This document shows positions 49,788-59,829 of a DNA stretch of 64,000 nt, in pieces (the first letter of the stretch is position 1; the number at the start of each line of letters is the position of its first letter). The notes beneath the pieces are model-generated. The model saw nothing but the letters and a program-made list of their open reading frames with translations. It had not been told where the DNA came from and did not search any database. The stretch is from assembly GCA_000993275.1 (NCBI GenBank), contig LBVV01000007.1, positions 57,290 through 121,289 of the forward strand. Direction: 5' to 3'. A program made the position numbers and the translations under genes. The stretch comes from a candidate division CPR2 bacterium GW2011_GWC2_39_10. Lineage in GTDB: Bacteria; Patescibacteriota; CPR2.

Positions 49788-51140
49788 TTATGCACGCTTT
49801 TTTTCCAAATTTTTAAAAGCCATTTGTTCCGCTACCCAGTATAAATCGACTTCTCCGGTAGGACCGTTACGGTGCTTTCTAATTAAAATTTCGGCTACGT
49901 TTTTCTTTTCCGAATCTTTATTGTAATAATCATCTCTATAAACAAACATTACTACGTCAGCATCCTGCTCAATTGAGCCGGACTCTCTAAGGTCGGAAAG
50001 CTGAGGTCTTTTATCCGGCCGGTTCTCTAATTGTCTCGATAGTTGAGACAAGGCCATTACCGGCACATTCAATTCTCTGGCTAGTCCCTTTAGAGACCTG
50101 GAAATTTCCGAAATTTCCTGAACGCGATTATCGGAATAACGACCGCTCATTAGTTGCAGATAATCGACAATAATTAAACCGAGGCCGTGTTCTGCCTGAA
50201 GCCTTCTTGCTTTTGCCCTCATTTCTAATACGGTTATGCCGGGTGTGTCGTCAATAAAAAGCGGCGCCTCGGATAACGTTGCCATAGCCTGTCCTATTTT
50301 TGGAAAATCATCATCGTTTAGGTTGCCGGTTCTTAATTTCCATGAATCAATATTTGCCTCCGAACAAAGCATTCTGTCCACCAATTGTTCCTTGGACATT
50401 TCCAACGAGAACATACCTACCGGCATTCCTTCTTTTGACGCCAAATATTGGCCAACATTTAACGCAAAGGACGATTTGCCCATAGAAGGACGACCGCCAA
50501 TAATTATAAGATCAGACGGCTGCAAACCAGCTAATTTATTATCTAATTCTTTGAACCCGGTTGGCACTCCCCTTAAAGACTCTTTATCCTTATGAAGCAA
50601 GTCAAGTTTTTCAAAGCTATCCGTTAAAATAGACTTTATTGAAATAAATTTCTGTTTATGGTGTCTTTGGGAGACTGAAAAAAGTGTTTGCTCCGCTTTG
50701 TCTAAAACTTCGTCAATCTCGCCGTCCGAGCTAAAAGTTGTTTCAATAACATAATTAGCTGCTTCTATGAGCCTTCGCAGGACTGCTTTATCCGCCACAA
50801 TTTTTGCATAATCGAAAACATGAGCCGAGGAAACAACCGCATTTGCAAGAGAAGCAAGATAAGAAGACCCGCCGATTTCTTTTAAGGTTTTCTTTTCATC
50901 AAGTCTGTTTGACAAGGTAATTAAATCTATCGGCTGTCTTTTTTCAAAAAGTTCCAACATCGCTTCGTAAATACCTTCATGCTCCCTTTTATAAAAATCT
51001 TCCGGAGATAAGATATCCACAACCTTAATAAGAGCATCTTTTTCTAAAAGCAAGCAGCCCAATACGGATATTTCCGCTTCGACATTTTGAGGCGGAATTT
51101 TTTCCAACGGATCAATTGTTTTTTTTGTTTCTCTGGCCAT
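49788..51140 (-). CDS. dnaB: Replicative DNA helicase
   Basis: 'RPSMGKS', 'DYLQL', 'DLRESGSIEQDAD', 'KHRNGP'. Confidence 0.98.
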   Translation of the reverse strand: MARETKKTIDPLEKIPPQNVEAEISVLGCLLLEKDALIKVVDILSPEDFYKREHEGIYEAMLELFEKRQPIDLITLSNRLDEKKTLKEIGGSSYLASLANAVVSSAHVFDYAKIVADKAVLRRLIEAANYVIETTFSSDGEIDEVLDKAEQTLFSVSQRHHKQKFISIKSILTDSFEKLDLLHKDKESLRGVPTGFKELDNKLAGLQPSDLIIIGGRPSMGKSSFALNVGQYLASKEGMPVGMFSLEMSKEQLVDRMLCSEANIDSWKLRTGNLNDDDFPKIGQAMATLSEAPLFIDDTPGITVLEMRAKARRLQAEHGLGLIIVDYLQLMSGRYSDNRVQEISEISRSLKGLARELNVPVMALSQLSRQLENRPDKRPQLSDLRESGSIEQDADVVMFVYRDDYYNKDSEKKNVAEILIRKHRNGPTGEVDLYWVAEQMAFKNLEKKRA

Positions 51141-52601
51141 TTAGCTTATTATCTCTCCTTCGAATATTTCTAATAACTGATTTTCTAAATTTACTTCCGG
51201 CTTCTCTTTGGTTATTTTAGCGCCACCCGCCAAAATAACACATTTTACCTTTAGAGGCTGACCATAAACTTTTGAGGCAGCTTTTTCTAAAATTAACTTA
51301 TTTTTATTATCTTCTACTCTTTCTTTGTGAAACTGATATTGGAAATGCAACTTTAACTCTTTAGAGGACAATTCCGGCTGAGCAGCCCTTAAAAGAGCAT
51401 GAACGGAATGGTTCTCGGCCTTCACTTCCAACAAAAACTCTTCCCATTTATCGCCGGCTGAAGCGACAGACTCTTTCCCTGCGCTTGTTTCATTTTTTTT
51501 GCTCCCCTTTTGCTGAATCTCTCTTCCTTCAGGCAGCGTAAATTTTATCACTGCAATCTCTAGAGGGAGCTGAGGAATCGAAGTAACCCTTGCTTGTTTT
51601 TCTACATTAGCAATATCCTGTACCATGTCAATTATTTCTTTTTCAGATAAGGCATTAGCGATCCTCTCCAAAGACTCTTTCGAGAATAATTCGCTCTGTT
51701 TCTTGGTAAATTTATAAAGCATTGCCGAACGCAAAAAAACGGTTGTGTTTTTAATAAATTGCATCACGTCTCGGCCATCTTCAACTAGCTTTTCAATTAA
51801 GTCCAAAGCGTCTTTTGTTTTACCCTGAACCAAGAACCACACAAAGCCGGTGATTATTTCCAAATCGATATGACCAACAATAAGGCGCGCTTCTTCTAAA
51901 GATATTTTGCCGTTATTAAACGAGGAAACTTGGTCCAAAAGAGATATGGCATCCCTGAAACTGCCGCCCGATTCTGCTGCAATTATTTCTAATGCTTTTT
52001 TATCAAACTCAAAATTTTCTTTAGAGGCAATGCTCTCAAGATGATCGGCAATCGTTTTTAAACCGATCTTTTGGAAATCAAAACGCTGACATCTGGAAAT
52101 AATAGTTTCCGGAACTTTATGCGCTTCGGTGGTTGCTAAGATAAAAATGGCGTGAGCCGGTGGCTCCTCTAAAGTTTTTAAAAGTGCATTAAACGCTTCT
52201 TTAGTAAGCATGTGCACTTCATCAATAATAAAGACCTTGTACTTGGCTTTATTTGGAGCAAATTTGATCTTTTCCCTAAGATCTCTTATCTCATCTATTC
52301 CTCTGTTGGAAGCCGCATCAATCTCAATTAAATCCAGGGCTCTTCCCGCTTTGAAATCCAGACACATCTCGCATTCGTCGCAAGGCTCGCCTTTTTTTAA
52401 ATTTAGACAATCAACCGCTTTGGAAAAAATTCGAGCAACAGACGTCTTTCCAACTCCCCTAACGCCGCAAAACAAATAAGCATGCGAAACCCGGCCCATC
52501 TCTATTGCGTTCATTAGGGTTCTAGTGACATGACCCTGGCCGGAAACATCCGAAAACAAAGCCGGCCTATATTTTCTATATAATGCTGCTCTCATGTCCA
52601 C
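51141..52601 (-). CDS. dnaX: DNA polymerase III subunit gamma/tau
   Basis: 'LYRKYRP', 'GVGKTS', 'IDEVHML', 'SRCQRF'. Confidence 0.97.
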   Translation of the reverse strand: MDMRAALYRKYRPALFSDVSGQGHVTRTLMNAIEMGRVSHAYLFCGVRGVGKTSVARIFSKAVDCLNLKKGEPCDECEMCLDFKAGRALDLIEIDAASNRGIDEIRDLREKIKFAPNKAKYKVFIIDEVHMLTKEAFNALLKTLEEPPAHAIFILATTEAHKVPETIISRCQRFDFQKIGLKTIADHLESIASKENFEFDKKALEIIAAESGGSFRDAISLLDQVSSFNNGKISLEEARLIVGHIDLEIITGFVWFLVQGKTKDALDLIEKLVEDGRDVMQFIKNTTVFLRSAMLYKFTKKQSELFSKESLERIANALSEKEIIDMVQDIANVEKQARVTSIPQLPLEIAVIKFTLPEGREIQQKGSKKNETSAGKESVASAGDKWEEFLLEVKAENHSVHALLRAAQPELSSKELKLHFQYQFHKERVEDNKNKLILEKAASKVYGQPLKVKCVILAGGAKITKEKPEVNLENQLLEIFEGEIIS

Positions 52602-52609
52602 CTCGCTTT

Positions 52610-52752
52610 ACCGGGCTTACGCAAAATGACGCATCTATCCAAGCCGAAACAAGGTGAGATAAAATCTCTTTTCTCTACTGGAAGCATATCCGTAGATACT
52701 TGGGCAGGAGAAAAAGGGATTTTAGCCGCTTGGTTTGGTTTGGGAGGTGTGG
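52610..52752 (+). mobile_element. MITE-like repeat, copy 3 (last ~20 bp missing)
   Basis: Matches copies 1 and 2 up to gggaggtgtgg. Confidence 0.8.
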
Positions 52753-52800
52753 AAAAAAGCCCCTTACTTAAACTAGAATTTTTAACTCTAGCGTTGTTGC

Positions 52801-53706
52801 CTATATTTCAAGTTCTTTTACTTCTTGTTCGCTACCCAAAACCGGCTTTGGCGGACTTGGGACAGGCTTTTCTTCTTCAAGATCAATCGCAGTTTGAAGA
52901 ACTTCGGATGTTCCTTCATTTACCAAATAATCATCATTGCTTTGACTTTCGGCTTCCGGCTCTCTTTGCGGCTCATTACCCAAAAGTTCGGAAATATCGG
53001 CATTATTACTGCCCGCACCCGACCAAGCCATAGTACTTGGCATTTCTTCTTCGGCATCTACGACAGACTCATTTAAAATTGGTTCTTCTTCTATCGTCAG
53101 CGGAGCGCCCGCCTTTACAGCCTCCAGCATCTCCTCATCTTTTTCAAAACTTTCCTCCGGCGACTCTTCGCCTTCGGGAGCACCATGCAGAACATTTTCA
53201 ATTGCGCCCCATTCGCTGTTTCCATCTTTTGGAATTACCAACGTTACGTGATCGCCCGGCTGTACCTTGAAATAAGTAATTGAAGCAAATAAAATTTTAT
53301 AGGCTTTTCCTTCGGCAAGAACTCTGTAGTCGCCATCCGCATAATTTAGAATGCCTGTTATTTTTTTTCGTTCAATCGGACCAATTTGTTTAAAAATAAA
53401 AGTGCCGTCCGCATTAACGGTTAGCTTTAAAACGTCGCCTTGAACTAATTTTGACTTTGAAGAGTAATTGGCCGGAACCGGATATTTCTTTTGATCCGGA
53501 CCAACCATGTGCTCACCGTCAAACACTCCTTCAATTATTTTACCGCCCTCAGATATGTTTAAATTTAATGCCTTACCTTTTATGGCTTCGTCTGTCGGGC
53601 TAGATTTACCGGATAATTCATTAATTAATTGCCTGGCCGCTAAAATTGATGTTTCAGCCCCGGCAATAAGTTGACTTAGGTGTTCAATTTTTTCTCTATC
53701 GTCCAT
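52801..53706 (-). CDS. Hypothetical protein with beta-rich core and long acidic tail
   Basis: Core 'IIEGVFDGEHM...YPVPANYSSKSKLVQGD'; likely start 53706. Confidence 0.75.
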   Translation of the reverse strand: MDDREKIEHLSQLIAGAETSILAARQLINELSGKSSPTDEAIKGKALNLNISEGGKIIEGVFDGEHMVGPDQKKYPVPANYSSKSKLVQGDVLKLTVNADGTFIFKQIGPIERKKITGILNYADGDYRVLAEGKAYKILFASITYFKVQPGDHVTLVIPKDGNSEWGAIENVLHGAPEGEESPEESFEKDEEMLEAVKAGAPLTIEEEPILNESVVDAEEEMPSTMAWSGAGSNNADISELLGNEPQREPEAESQSNDDYLVNEGTSEVLQTAIDLEEEKPVPSPPKPVLGSEQEVKELEI

Positions 53707-53761
53707 ATTTTTTCCTTTTATTTTTGTTTTCCCCTTAATCATAAAATTAGCACTTTATTAT

Positions 53762-54934
53762 CTAAGTGTCAATTTTATCGTTGAACATAAGGATGAAATC
53801 TTTTTTAAAACCGGAGAAAGAGCCATTATTTATTGATTCTCTTATATTTCCCATTAATGTTAGCAAGAAATGAAGATTGTGAAGAGTCGTTAGCCTGTGT
53901 CCCAAAATTTCATTATTTTTTATGAGATGGCTTATGTATCCCCTAGAATAACCTTGGCAACTTAAGCAACTGCACCCAACTTCAATAGGAGTTTTATCTT
54001 GCGCATATTTTGAATTTCTTAAATTAATCCTGCCGGTTTTTGTCCAAACCGCACCGTTTCTTGCCATTCTGGTAGGCATGACGCAATCGAACATATCCAC
54101 GCCTCTTTCAACCGCCTCTAAAATTCCAATCGGCTCTCCTACTCCCATTAAATATCTGGGTTTGTCTTTGGGAATCAAACATAATGTTGCGTCTAGGGCT
54201 ATTTTTTGTTTCTCTCTGGACTCTCCGGCGTTTGCAACGCCACCAATTGAAAAACCGGAAACAGGGAACTGCCTTAAAAAATCTAAAGATTTTTTTCTTA
54301 AATCTTTATGGGTGCCGCCTTGGATTATAGCAAACAGAGCCGGCCGATTCTCCATATCCTTTATTTTCTCTTTGTAGTGTTTAAACGCTAGCCTAAACCA
54401 AATATTTGTAATTTCCACCGCCTCTTCAATTTCTCTCCTATCAGCTTCTGCGGACGGACAAAAATCTAACGGCATCATAATGTCAGAGCCGATTGTTAAT
54501 TGATAATCAATTACTTTCTCCGGCGTAAAAAAGTGTTTAGAACCGTCAATGTGCGAGGTAAATTCTGCCCCCTCACTGCTAATTTTAACCAAATTTCCAG
54601 ACAGATTGCCTCTATGACTAGCGCCAAGCGAAAAAATTTGATATCCGCCACTATCGGTAAGAATTGGCTTTGAAAAATTCATAAAATTATGAAGGCCCCC
54701 AAATTCCTTTAAAACTTCAAGACCAGGCCTTAAATAAAGATGATAAGTATTGCCTAAAATGATATCAGCCCCAAGGCTGTAGATTTCTTCGCTGCTAAGT
54801 GATTTGACGCTTCCAATAGTACCAACCGGCATAAAAACCGGCGTTTTAATTTCCCCTCTTAAAGTTTTAATAATTCCGGTTCGCGCCTCGCTTTTTTGAT
54901 CTTTCTTGATTTCGGTAAACTTAAACATTGTCAT
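53762..54934 (-). CDS. tgt: tRNA-guanine transglycosylase
   Basis: 'TPVFMPVGT', 'TDSGGYQ', 'DMFDCVMPTR', CxCxxC...H zinc site. Confidence 0.97.
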   Translation of the reverse strand: MTMFKFTEIKKDQKSEARTGIIKTLRGEIKTPVFMPVGTIGSVKSLSSEEIYSLGADIILGNTYHLYLRPGLEVLKEFGGLHNFMNFSKPILTDSGGYQIFSLGASHRGNLSGNLVKISSEGAEFTSHIDGSKHFFTPEKVIDYQLTIGSDIMMPLDFCPSAEADRREIEEAVEITNIWFRLAFKHYKEKIKDMENRPALFAIIQGGTHKDLRKKSLDFLRQFPVSGFSIGGVANAGESREKQKIALDATLCLIPKDKPRYLMGVGEPIGILEAVERGVDMFDCVMPTRMARNGAVWTKTGRINLRNSKYAQDKTPIEVGCSCLSCQGYSRGYISHLIKNNEILGHRLTTLHNLHFLLTLMGNIRESINNGSFSGFKKDFILMFNDKIDT

Positions 54935-55043
54935 ATTTTACCATTCTTTTTCCTTTTATAACAGAATTTCCTTGTAAGGCAGATGAAAATAATATAAAGT
55001 ATTGTCAATTTGGCTCTTTGACAATTAGGAGGAGGTAGGCGAA

Positions 55044-55625
55044 ATGGAAACATGCTTTTGTGGTAAACGCATAATGTTGGTTAGCGATAGAGGCTTTAGC
55101 CCAGTTGAAAACAATACAACAGTATTGCCTTCAGTGGAAATGTATCAATTACTAATTAAAACTGTTAAAGAAGAATTTGAAAATATCACCGAAAATAAAG
55201 ACAAGGAATTGGTTCGAAGGCTCATTTCAAAAGACATAGGAAAAATGGCAACCAATTTATGTAGTGTTTCCTTAAGTGATAAAAAAACTTTCTTTTTTCC
55301 TCTTCCAATGAGTTCTCACCGACGATTCGGGATGGATATAATGATTCAGCCCGAGATAAAACAAGAAGATATCGTTTTGGTTTTAACCACTAAAGAGGAT
55401 CTTGTTATTAAACAATATCCGGAAGCAAAAATTGTTATTGGATGCTCGAAAGATCCGAACGTAAATGAATTATCAGTATCCCGCAGGGGTTACGAAACTA
55501 AAACGCCGATTCTTATGATGACTTATGAATATGACATTATAAAAGAATGTCCGACTGCTTCCTGCTATCGCATAATTAAAAAAGACAATAATCGCTATGA
55601 AATTATTCCCGATGATTATTCCTAA
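55044..55625 (+). CDS. Hypothetical protein
   Basis: Strong SD AGGAGGAGG, 193 aa, terminator at ~55624-55650. Confidence 0.7.
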   Translation: METCFCGKRIMLVSDRGFSPVENNTTVLPSVEMYQLLIKTVKEEFENITENKDKELVRRLISKDIGKMATNLCSVSLSDKKTFFFPLPMSSHRRFGMDIMIQPEIKQEDIVLVLTTKEDLVIKQYPEAKIVIGCSKDPNVNELSVSRRGYETKTPILMMTYEYDIIKECPTASCYRIIKKDNNRYEIIPDDYS

Positions 55626-55648
55626 CCTCAAGTTTGACTTGAGGTTTT

Positions 55649-56344
55649 TTAATCTACTTCAAAAACAGCTTCCGGGCTTAAACTTAAATCTAGTCCGAAA
55701 CAATCATTTACAACCCGCATAATAGATTCCGAAACAACTTCCTCTGATTCTTCGCCATTTACCACCTCTATATTGGGGATAACTCTGGAAGCAATTACTT
55801 CTTCATAAGCATTAAAGACTTTCCGAACGCTTTCCGTTTTATCAAAAATTTCTATTTGTTTATCTTTTCGAAGCCCAATACGCTTAACCGACACTTCCGG
55901 CGTAACTCTTAGATACAGTGTCATATCCGGTACAGGCAAAAGTCTGTGCCAGGATACAGCTTCATCAAGAGAACCTCCATAAGCTAACGTAAAAGCATAT
56001 GTTGAAAGTCTTTCTCTGTCACTTAAAATTATCGCCCCTCGCTTAAGAGCCGGAATAATTAATTTTGCCCAATGAATATATCTATCGGCAATATAAAGAG
56101 TCTGAAATTTAACCGCATCAAATTTTTCGCCAGGGTTAATTTCTTTTTCCTTTTCCTGCAGAATCCTTTTGATTCGCTGCCCTTCCGGACTTGCCGGATC
56201 GTCCCAAGGTTCGGTAGTAGATATTATTTCTTTGCCGGGGTATAAAGTTTCCAGTCTTTTTTTAAGTACTTCAATTTGAGTCCCCTTGCCAGAGCCCTCA
56301 TTGCCCTCCAAAACAATAAATCTTCCCGGAAAAACTAGCTCCAA
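55649..56344 (-). CDS. tmk: Thymidylate kinase
   Basis: 'LEGNEGSGKGTQ', 'EP', 'SDR', 'PD'. Confidence 0.9.
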   Translation of the reverse strand: MELVFPGRFIVLEGNEGSGKGTQIEVLKKRLETLYPGKEIISTTEPWDDPASPEGQRIKRILQEKEKEINPGEKFDAVKFQTLYIADRYIHWAKLIIPALKRGAIILSDRERLSTYAFTLAYGGSLDEAVSWHRLLPVPDMTLYLRVTPEVSVKRIGLRKDKQIEIFDKTESVRKVFNAYEEVIASRVIPNIEVVNGEESEEVVSESIMRVVNDCFGLDLSLSPEAVFEVD

Positions 56345-56354
56345 AACGCCGCTC

Positions 56355-57479
56355 CTAATTAATTGACCATTGATATTTTAAAGACGGCTTAGCATCCTGA
56401 GCCTTCTTTAGGTCTAAATTAACTCCCAACAAATTTATGTTTGTTTTAAATTGAAGAAACTTTTCAGATAATGACACGGGTCTAGAATATTCAACCACCG
56501 TATAATCAGTAATTTGCGACAATTTGGCCGCTTCTTTTATGGCATCATCAAGACCGCCAAGTTCGTCAACCAAGCCATTTTCTTTGGCTTGCTTGCCGGA
56601 ATAAATCCTGCCATCGGCAATTTTTTGAATAGATGGCTTGTCTTTGCCTCTGCCTTCAGCAACAATTGTCACAAACTGATCATACGCATCATTAATCATA
56701 TTTTGAAACAAAGCCTTTTCCTCATCTGTTAATGCTCTAGACGAAGAACCCATGTCTTTTAATTTGCCCGACTTTATAATTATTTCTTTATAACCAATTT
56801 TCTCAAATAGACCTTCGTAGTTTGGCAGCGACATAATTACGCCAATGCTACCGGTCCAAGTTGTCGGCAAGGCATAAATTTTATCGGCCGGCGCCGCAAC
56901 CAAATATCCGCCGGATGCTGCCATATCTCCCATTGAAACTACTACCGGCTTGTTATTAAGCTTTAACGCCTTAACCCACTTATAAATTTCAAACGAAGGA
57001 TTGACGCCTCCGCCGGGAGAATTGACGCTTAGAACTACAGCTTTAACGTTTTTATCTTCATGAGCTTTTTTTAATTCATTAGAAATGATTGCTGAAACGG
57101 CACCATTACTCATATCCAAAGCACTGGAAGATTCTATAATTTCTCCCGCAATGTTAATTACGACAATTTTATCCCTACCCGTCCCTTCGGTCTGGGTTTC
57201 GACAATTTTGTTTGTGGATTCGGGCTCGTTAGAATTATCGGTTAGCACCGAAAAGATTACAATGAAAGAAACAGCAAAAAAAATGAAAATAAAACAACCG
57301 AAACTTAAACCCGAGCCCCATTTAAAAGCCTTGCCAAATTCACCGGCACTCTTTTTAATTTTCGGTAGTTTAGGCACATCAACCGCTTGATTTTTACCGA
57401 CCTCGTTGTTGCCATTATTATTTTGACTACCCGGCGTAAGAGGGCTTGGTGCGGGCGGTTTTGGTATTATTGTATCCAT
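56355..57479 (-). CDS. sppA: Signal peptide peptidase SppA (S49)
   Basis: 'NSPGG', 'AASGGY', 'GSIGV', 'GLVDELG'. Confidence 0.94.
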   Translation of the reverse strand: MDTIIPKPPAPSPLTPGSQNNNGNNEVGKNQAVDVPKLPKIKKSAGEFGKAFKWGSGLSFGCFIFIFFAVSFIVIFSVLTDNSNEPESTNKIVETQTEGTGRDKIVVINIAGEIIESSSALDMSNGAVSAIISNELKKAHEDKNVKAVVLSVNSPGGGVNPSFEIYKWVKALKLNNKPVVVSMGDMAASGGYLVAAPADKIYALPTTWTGSIGVIMSLPNYEGLFEKIGYKEIIIKSGKLKDMGSSSRALTDEEKALFQNMINDAYDQFVTIVAEGRGKDKPSIQKIADGRIYSGKQAKENGLVDELGGLDDAIKEAAKLSQITDYTVVEYSRPVSLSEKFLQFKTNINLLGVNLDLKKAQDAKPSLKYQWSIN

Positions 57480-57602
57480 CTTATATAATTGTAAACTGCC
57501 AAGTTAATAGTAGCAAGATAAATTATAATTTTTTCAGCATAAAATGAACATTTTTTGCTACTATTTGAATTATTGACGAATATGTTGTACATTGGTTTTG
57601 TT

Positions 57603-58601
57603 ATGGGCATAAGTAAAATTAGAAAGAACAAAATATTCTCAATCATCACTATTCTCGTTTTCGGAATCGGGCTGGGTTTTATTATGGGGATTAACTCCAA
57701 CTTAAATCAAAAAGACAATCTGATGCGTAGCCTGCGCCTGGAAGGATATAATTTCATAAGACCACTACTTGCCTGCGAAACAGAAACAGCAATTACTTCA
57801 GAAAAAACGGATATTCTAAAAAAAAATATTGAAGAATATATTAGCTCCGAAAAATCAAAGGGTAATATCGGCAATGCATCGGTTTATATAAGAAACTATA
57901 AGGATGGCAGCAGTATAAACATTAATAGTGAAGAAGAATATTACCCAGCAAGCTTAAACAAAATACCGGTCATGATAGCAACTCTGCAAATGGCCCAAAC
58001 CGACAAAAATTTTCTGGGTAAAAAAATTGTTTATAAGGATACAACCGACTACAACAAAGGCATCGAAATTCAACCGGAAAAGTTCTTAAAACTCGGGGAA
58101 ACATATTCAATCGCTGAAGCTATTGAATATATGATAAAATACTCGGACAATAATGCCTTTGTTTTTCTTACTCAAAATGTAGACATTAATCATTATAAAA
58201 AAATATTCAGCGATTTGAAAATCCCATACAGCGCAGATACAAAAGACCATGAGGATTATATAACCGTAAAAGATTTTTCATATTCGCTGCGAGTGTTGTT
58301 TAATGCAACTTATTTAAACAAAGAGTTATCTGAAAAAGCCTTAGAAATATTGAGTGAAGTAAACTATAAAGACGCCCTTGTGGCCAGCCTTCCGAAAGAT
58401 ATTCAAGTTTCGCATAAATTCGGCATTACTACTACAAATAAGGGCGGCGTATCAAAAGAAGAGCTTCATGACTGCGGAATTGTCTACACAGATACCCCCT
58501 ATTTAATTTGCGTTATGACAAAAGGCAATATTAATATACAAAATCCGCAAAACCTCATTAAAAATATATCCGCAATGGCTTATAACCAGCTAAGCTATTA
58601 A
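57603..58601 (+). CDS. Class A beta-lactamase-like serine hydrolase, membrane-anchored
   Basis: 'PASLNK', 'SDN', 'HKFG', 'HDCGIV'. Confidence 0.85.
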   Translation: MGISKIRKNKIFSIITILVFGIGLGFIMGINSNLNQKDNLMRSLRLEGYNFIRPLLACETETAITSEKTDILKKNIEEYISSEKSKGNIGNASVYIRNYKDGSSININSEEEYYPASLNKIPVMIATLQMAQTDKNFLGKKIVYKDTTDYNKGIEIQPEKFLKLGETYSIAEAIEYMIKYSDNNAFVFLTQNVDINHYKKIFSDLKIPYSADTKDHEDYITVKDFSYSLRVLFNATYLNKELSEKALEILSEVNYKDALVASLPKDIQVSHKFGITTTNKGGVSKEELHDCGIVYTDTPYLICVMTKGNINIQNPQNLIKNISAMAYNQLSY

Positions 58602-58612
58602 AGTTAAATATT

Positions 58613-58642
58613 AAAAAAGAGCCCGGGTTAGGGCTCTTTTTT
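58613..58642. terminator. Bidirectional terminator
   Basis: aaaaaagagccc-gggtta-gggctctttttt. Confidence 0.85.
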
Positions 58643-58656
58643 GTCGTAAAAATAAT

Positions 58657-59070
58657 TTACTTAAGTTCTACGGTAGCGCCAGCTTCTTCAAGCTTAGCTT
58701 TTGCTGCTGCAGCATCGTCCTTGGAGGCATTTTCCTTGACGGTCTTTGGTGCACCGTCAACCAAATCTTTAGCTTCCTTAAGACCTAAGCTTGGACTAAT
58801 CTCTCTTACGGCCTTGATAACGGAAATTTTGTTGGCACCAGCGGATGTTAGAACAACATTAAAGCTGGTTTTTTCTTCTGCAGCTTCAGCAGCTTCGCCA
58901 GCACCTTGTGCCGGACCAGCAACAACTGCAGCCGGAGCAGCAGAAACGCCGAATTTGTCTTCTAAAATTTTGACGAGCTCGGATAATTCCAAAACAGACA
59001 TTTCTTCGACCTGCTTTACAAGATCCGCAAATTTTTTAGGAACTTCTACTTTTTTAGTTTCTTCAGACAT
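58657..59070 (-). CDS. rplL: 50S ribosomal protein L7/L12
   Basis: '[10 protein letters not shown]', '[10 protein letters not shown]'. Confidence 0.98.
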   Translation of the reverse strand: MSEETKKVEVPKKFADLVKQVEEMSVLELSELVKILEDKFGVSAAPAAVVAGPAQGAGEAAEAAEEKTSFNVVLTSAGANKISVIKAVREISPSLGLKEAKDLVDGAPKTVKENASKDDAAAAKAKLEEAGATVELK

Positions 59071-59124
59071 GTTTTTTCTCCTTTTGGTTTAGTTAACCGA
59101 TTAACTACTTAACTATTTACCTAT

Positions 59125-59652
59125 TTAACTTTTACTATTACTTATTGCATTTAATACATAAACGATTGACCTTAAGTTGGCATGTAAAACGTTAGCAAAG
59201 TTCTGTACCGGAGCATTAATGGAACCAAGCATTCTTGAAAGTAATTGCTCTCTTGATGGTAGTATTGCCAAATTTTTAACTTCGGCAGCGGTTAGATTTT
59301 TTCCCTCTAACATACCTCCTAAAATTTCCAACTTACCGTTTTTCTTCGCAAAACTAAATACGTCTTTTGCGGGGGCAATTTCGTCGGTGTAGCCAAATGC
59401 TATGGCAAAAGGCTTCCCTTCGAACGCCGTTACATCTAAATCCTTAAGACAGGCCTCTTTAGCGGCCCTTTCGAGCAATGTAATTTTCACTACCTTAAAT
59501 TCGTTGCCGCCTTTTTTGAATTGATTTCTGATCTCAGACATCTCTTCCATCTTAAGACCCGCATAACTTGTGCCAACGAAAGACTTTGATTTTTGCAATT
59601 TTTCTGCAAGCTCGGAAACTAAGGCTTCTTTTTTCTCTTTAGTTATTGCCAT
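59125..59652 (-). CDS. rplJ: 50S ribosomal protein L10
   Basis: 'KVVKITL', 'LAILPSREQLL'; upstream of rplL. Confidence 0.95.
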   Translation of the reverse strand: MAITKEKKEALVSELAEKLQKSKSFVGTSYAGLKMEEMSEIRNQFKKGGNEFKVVKITLLERAAKEACLKDLDVTAFEGKPFAIAFGYTDEIAPAKDVFSFAKKNGKLEILGGMLEGKNLTAAEVKNLAILPSREQLLSRMLGSINAPVQNFANVLHANLRSIVYVLNAISNSKS

Positions 59653-59689
59653 ATTTCTCCTCTCCGGCAGTCACCGGATAAATTATTAA

Positions 59690-59785
59690 AAAATCTTTGG
59701 TTAAACCAAAGACAATTAAGGATCTATCTAACCTCGGCAAGATATTTACTTCGGCATTACCCGAAACTTGCTGTCTTTGGTATAT
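59690..59785 (-). promoter_or_regulatory. Ribosomal protein L10 leader
   Basis: AAGACAGCAAG...TAAA...CTTGCCGAGG; promoter TTGACA(59829)-17-TAAAAT upstream. Confidence 0.85.
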
Positions 59786-59829
59786 TCACTTGACTATAAA
59801 ATTTTAGCAAAAAAAAGTTACTTTGTCAA

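Noticed and set aside
57603-58601. Antibiotic-resistance beta-lactamase
   Set aside because: KFG instead of KTG and a membrane anchor suggest a generic serine hydrolase; resistance cannot be claimed
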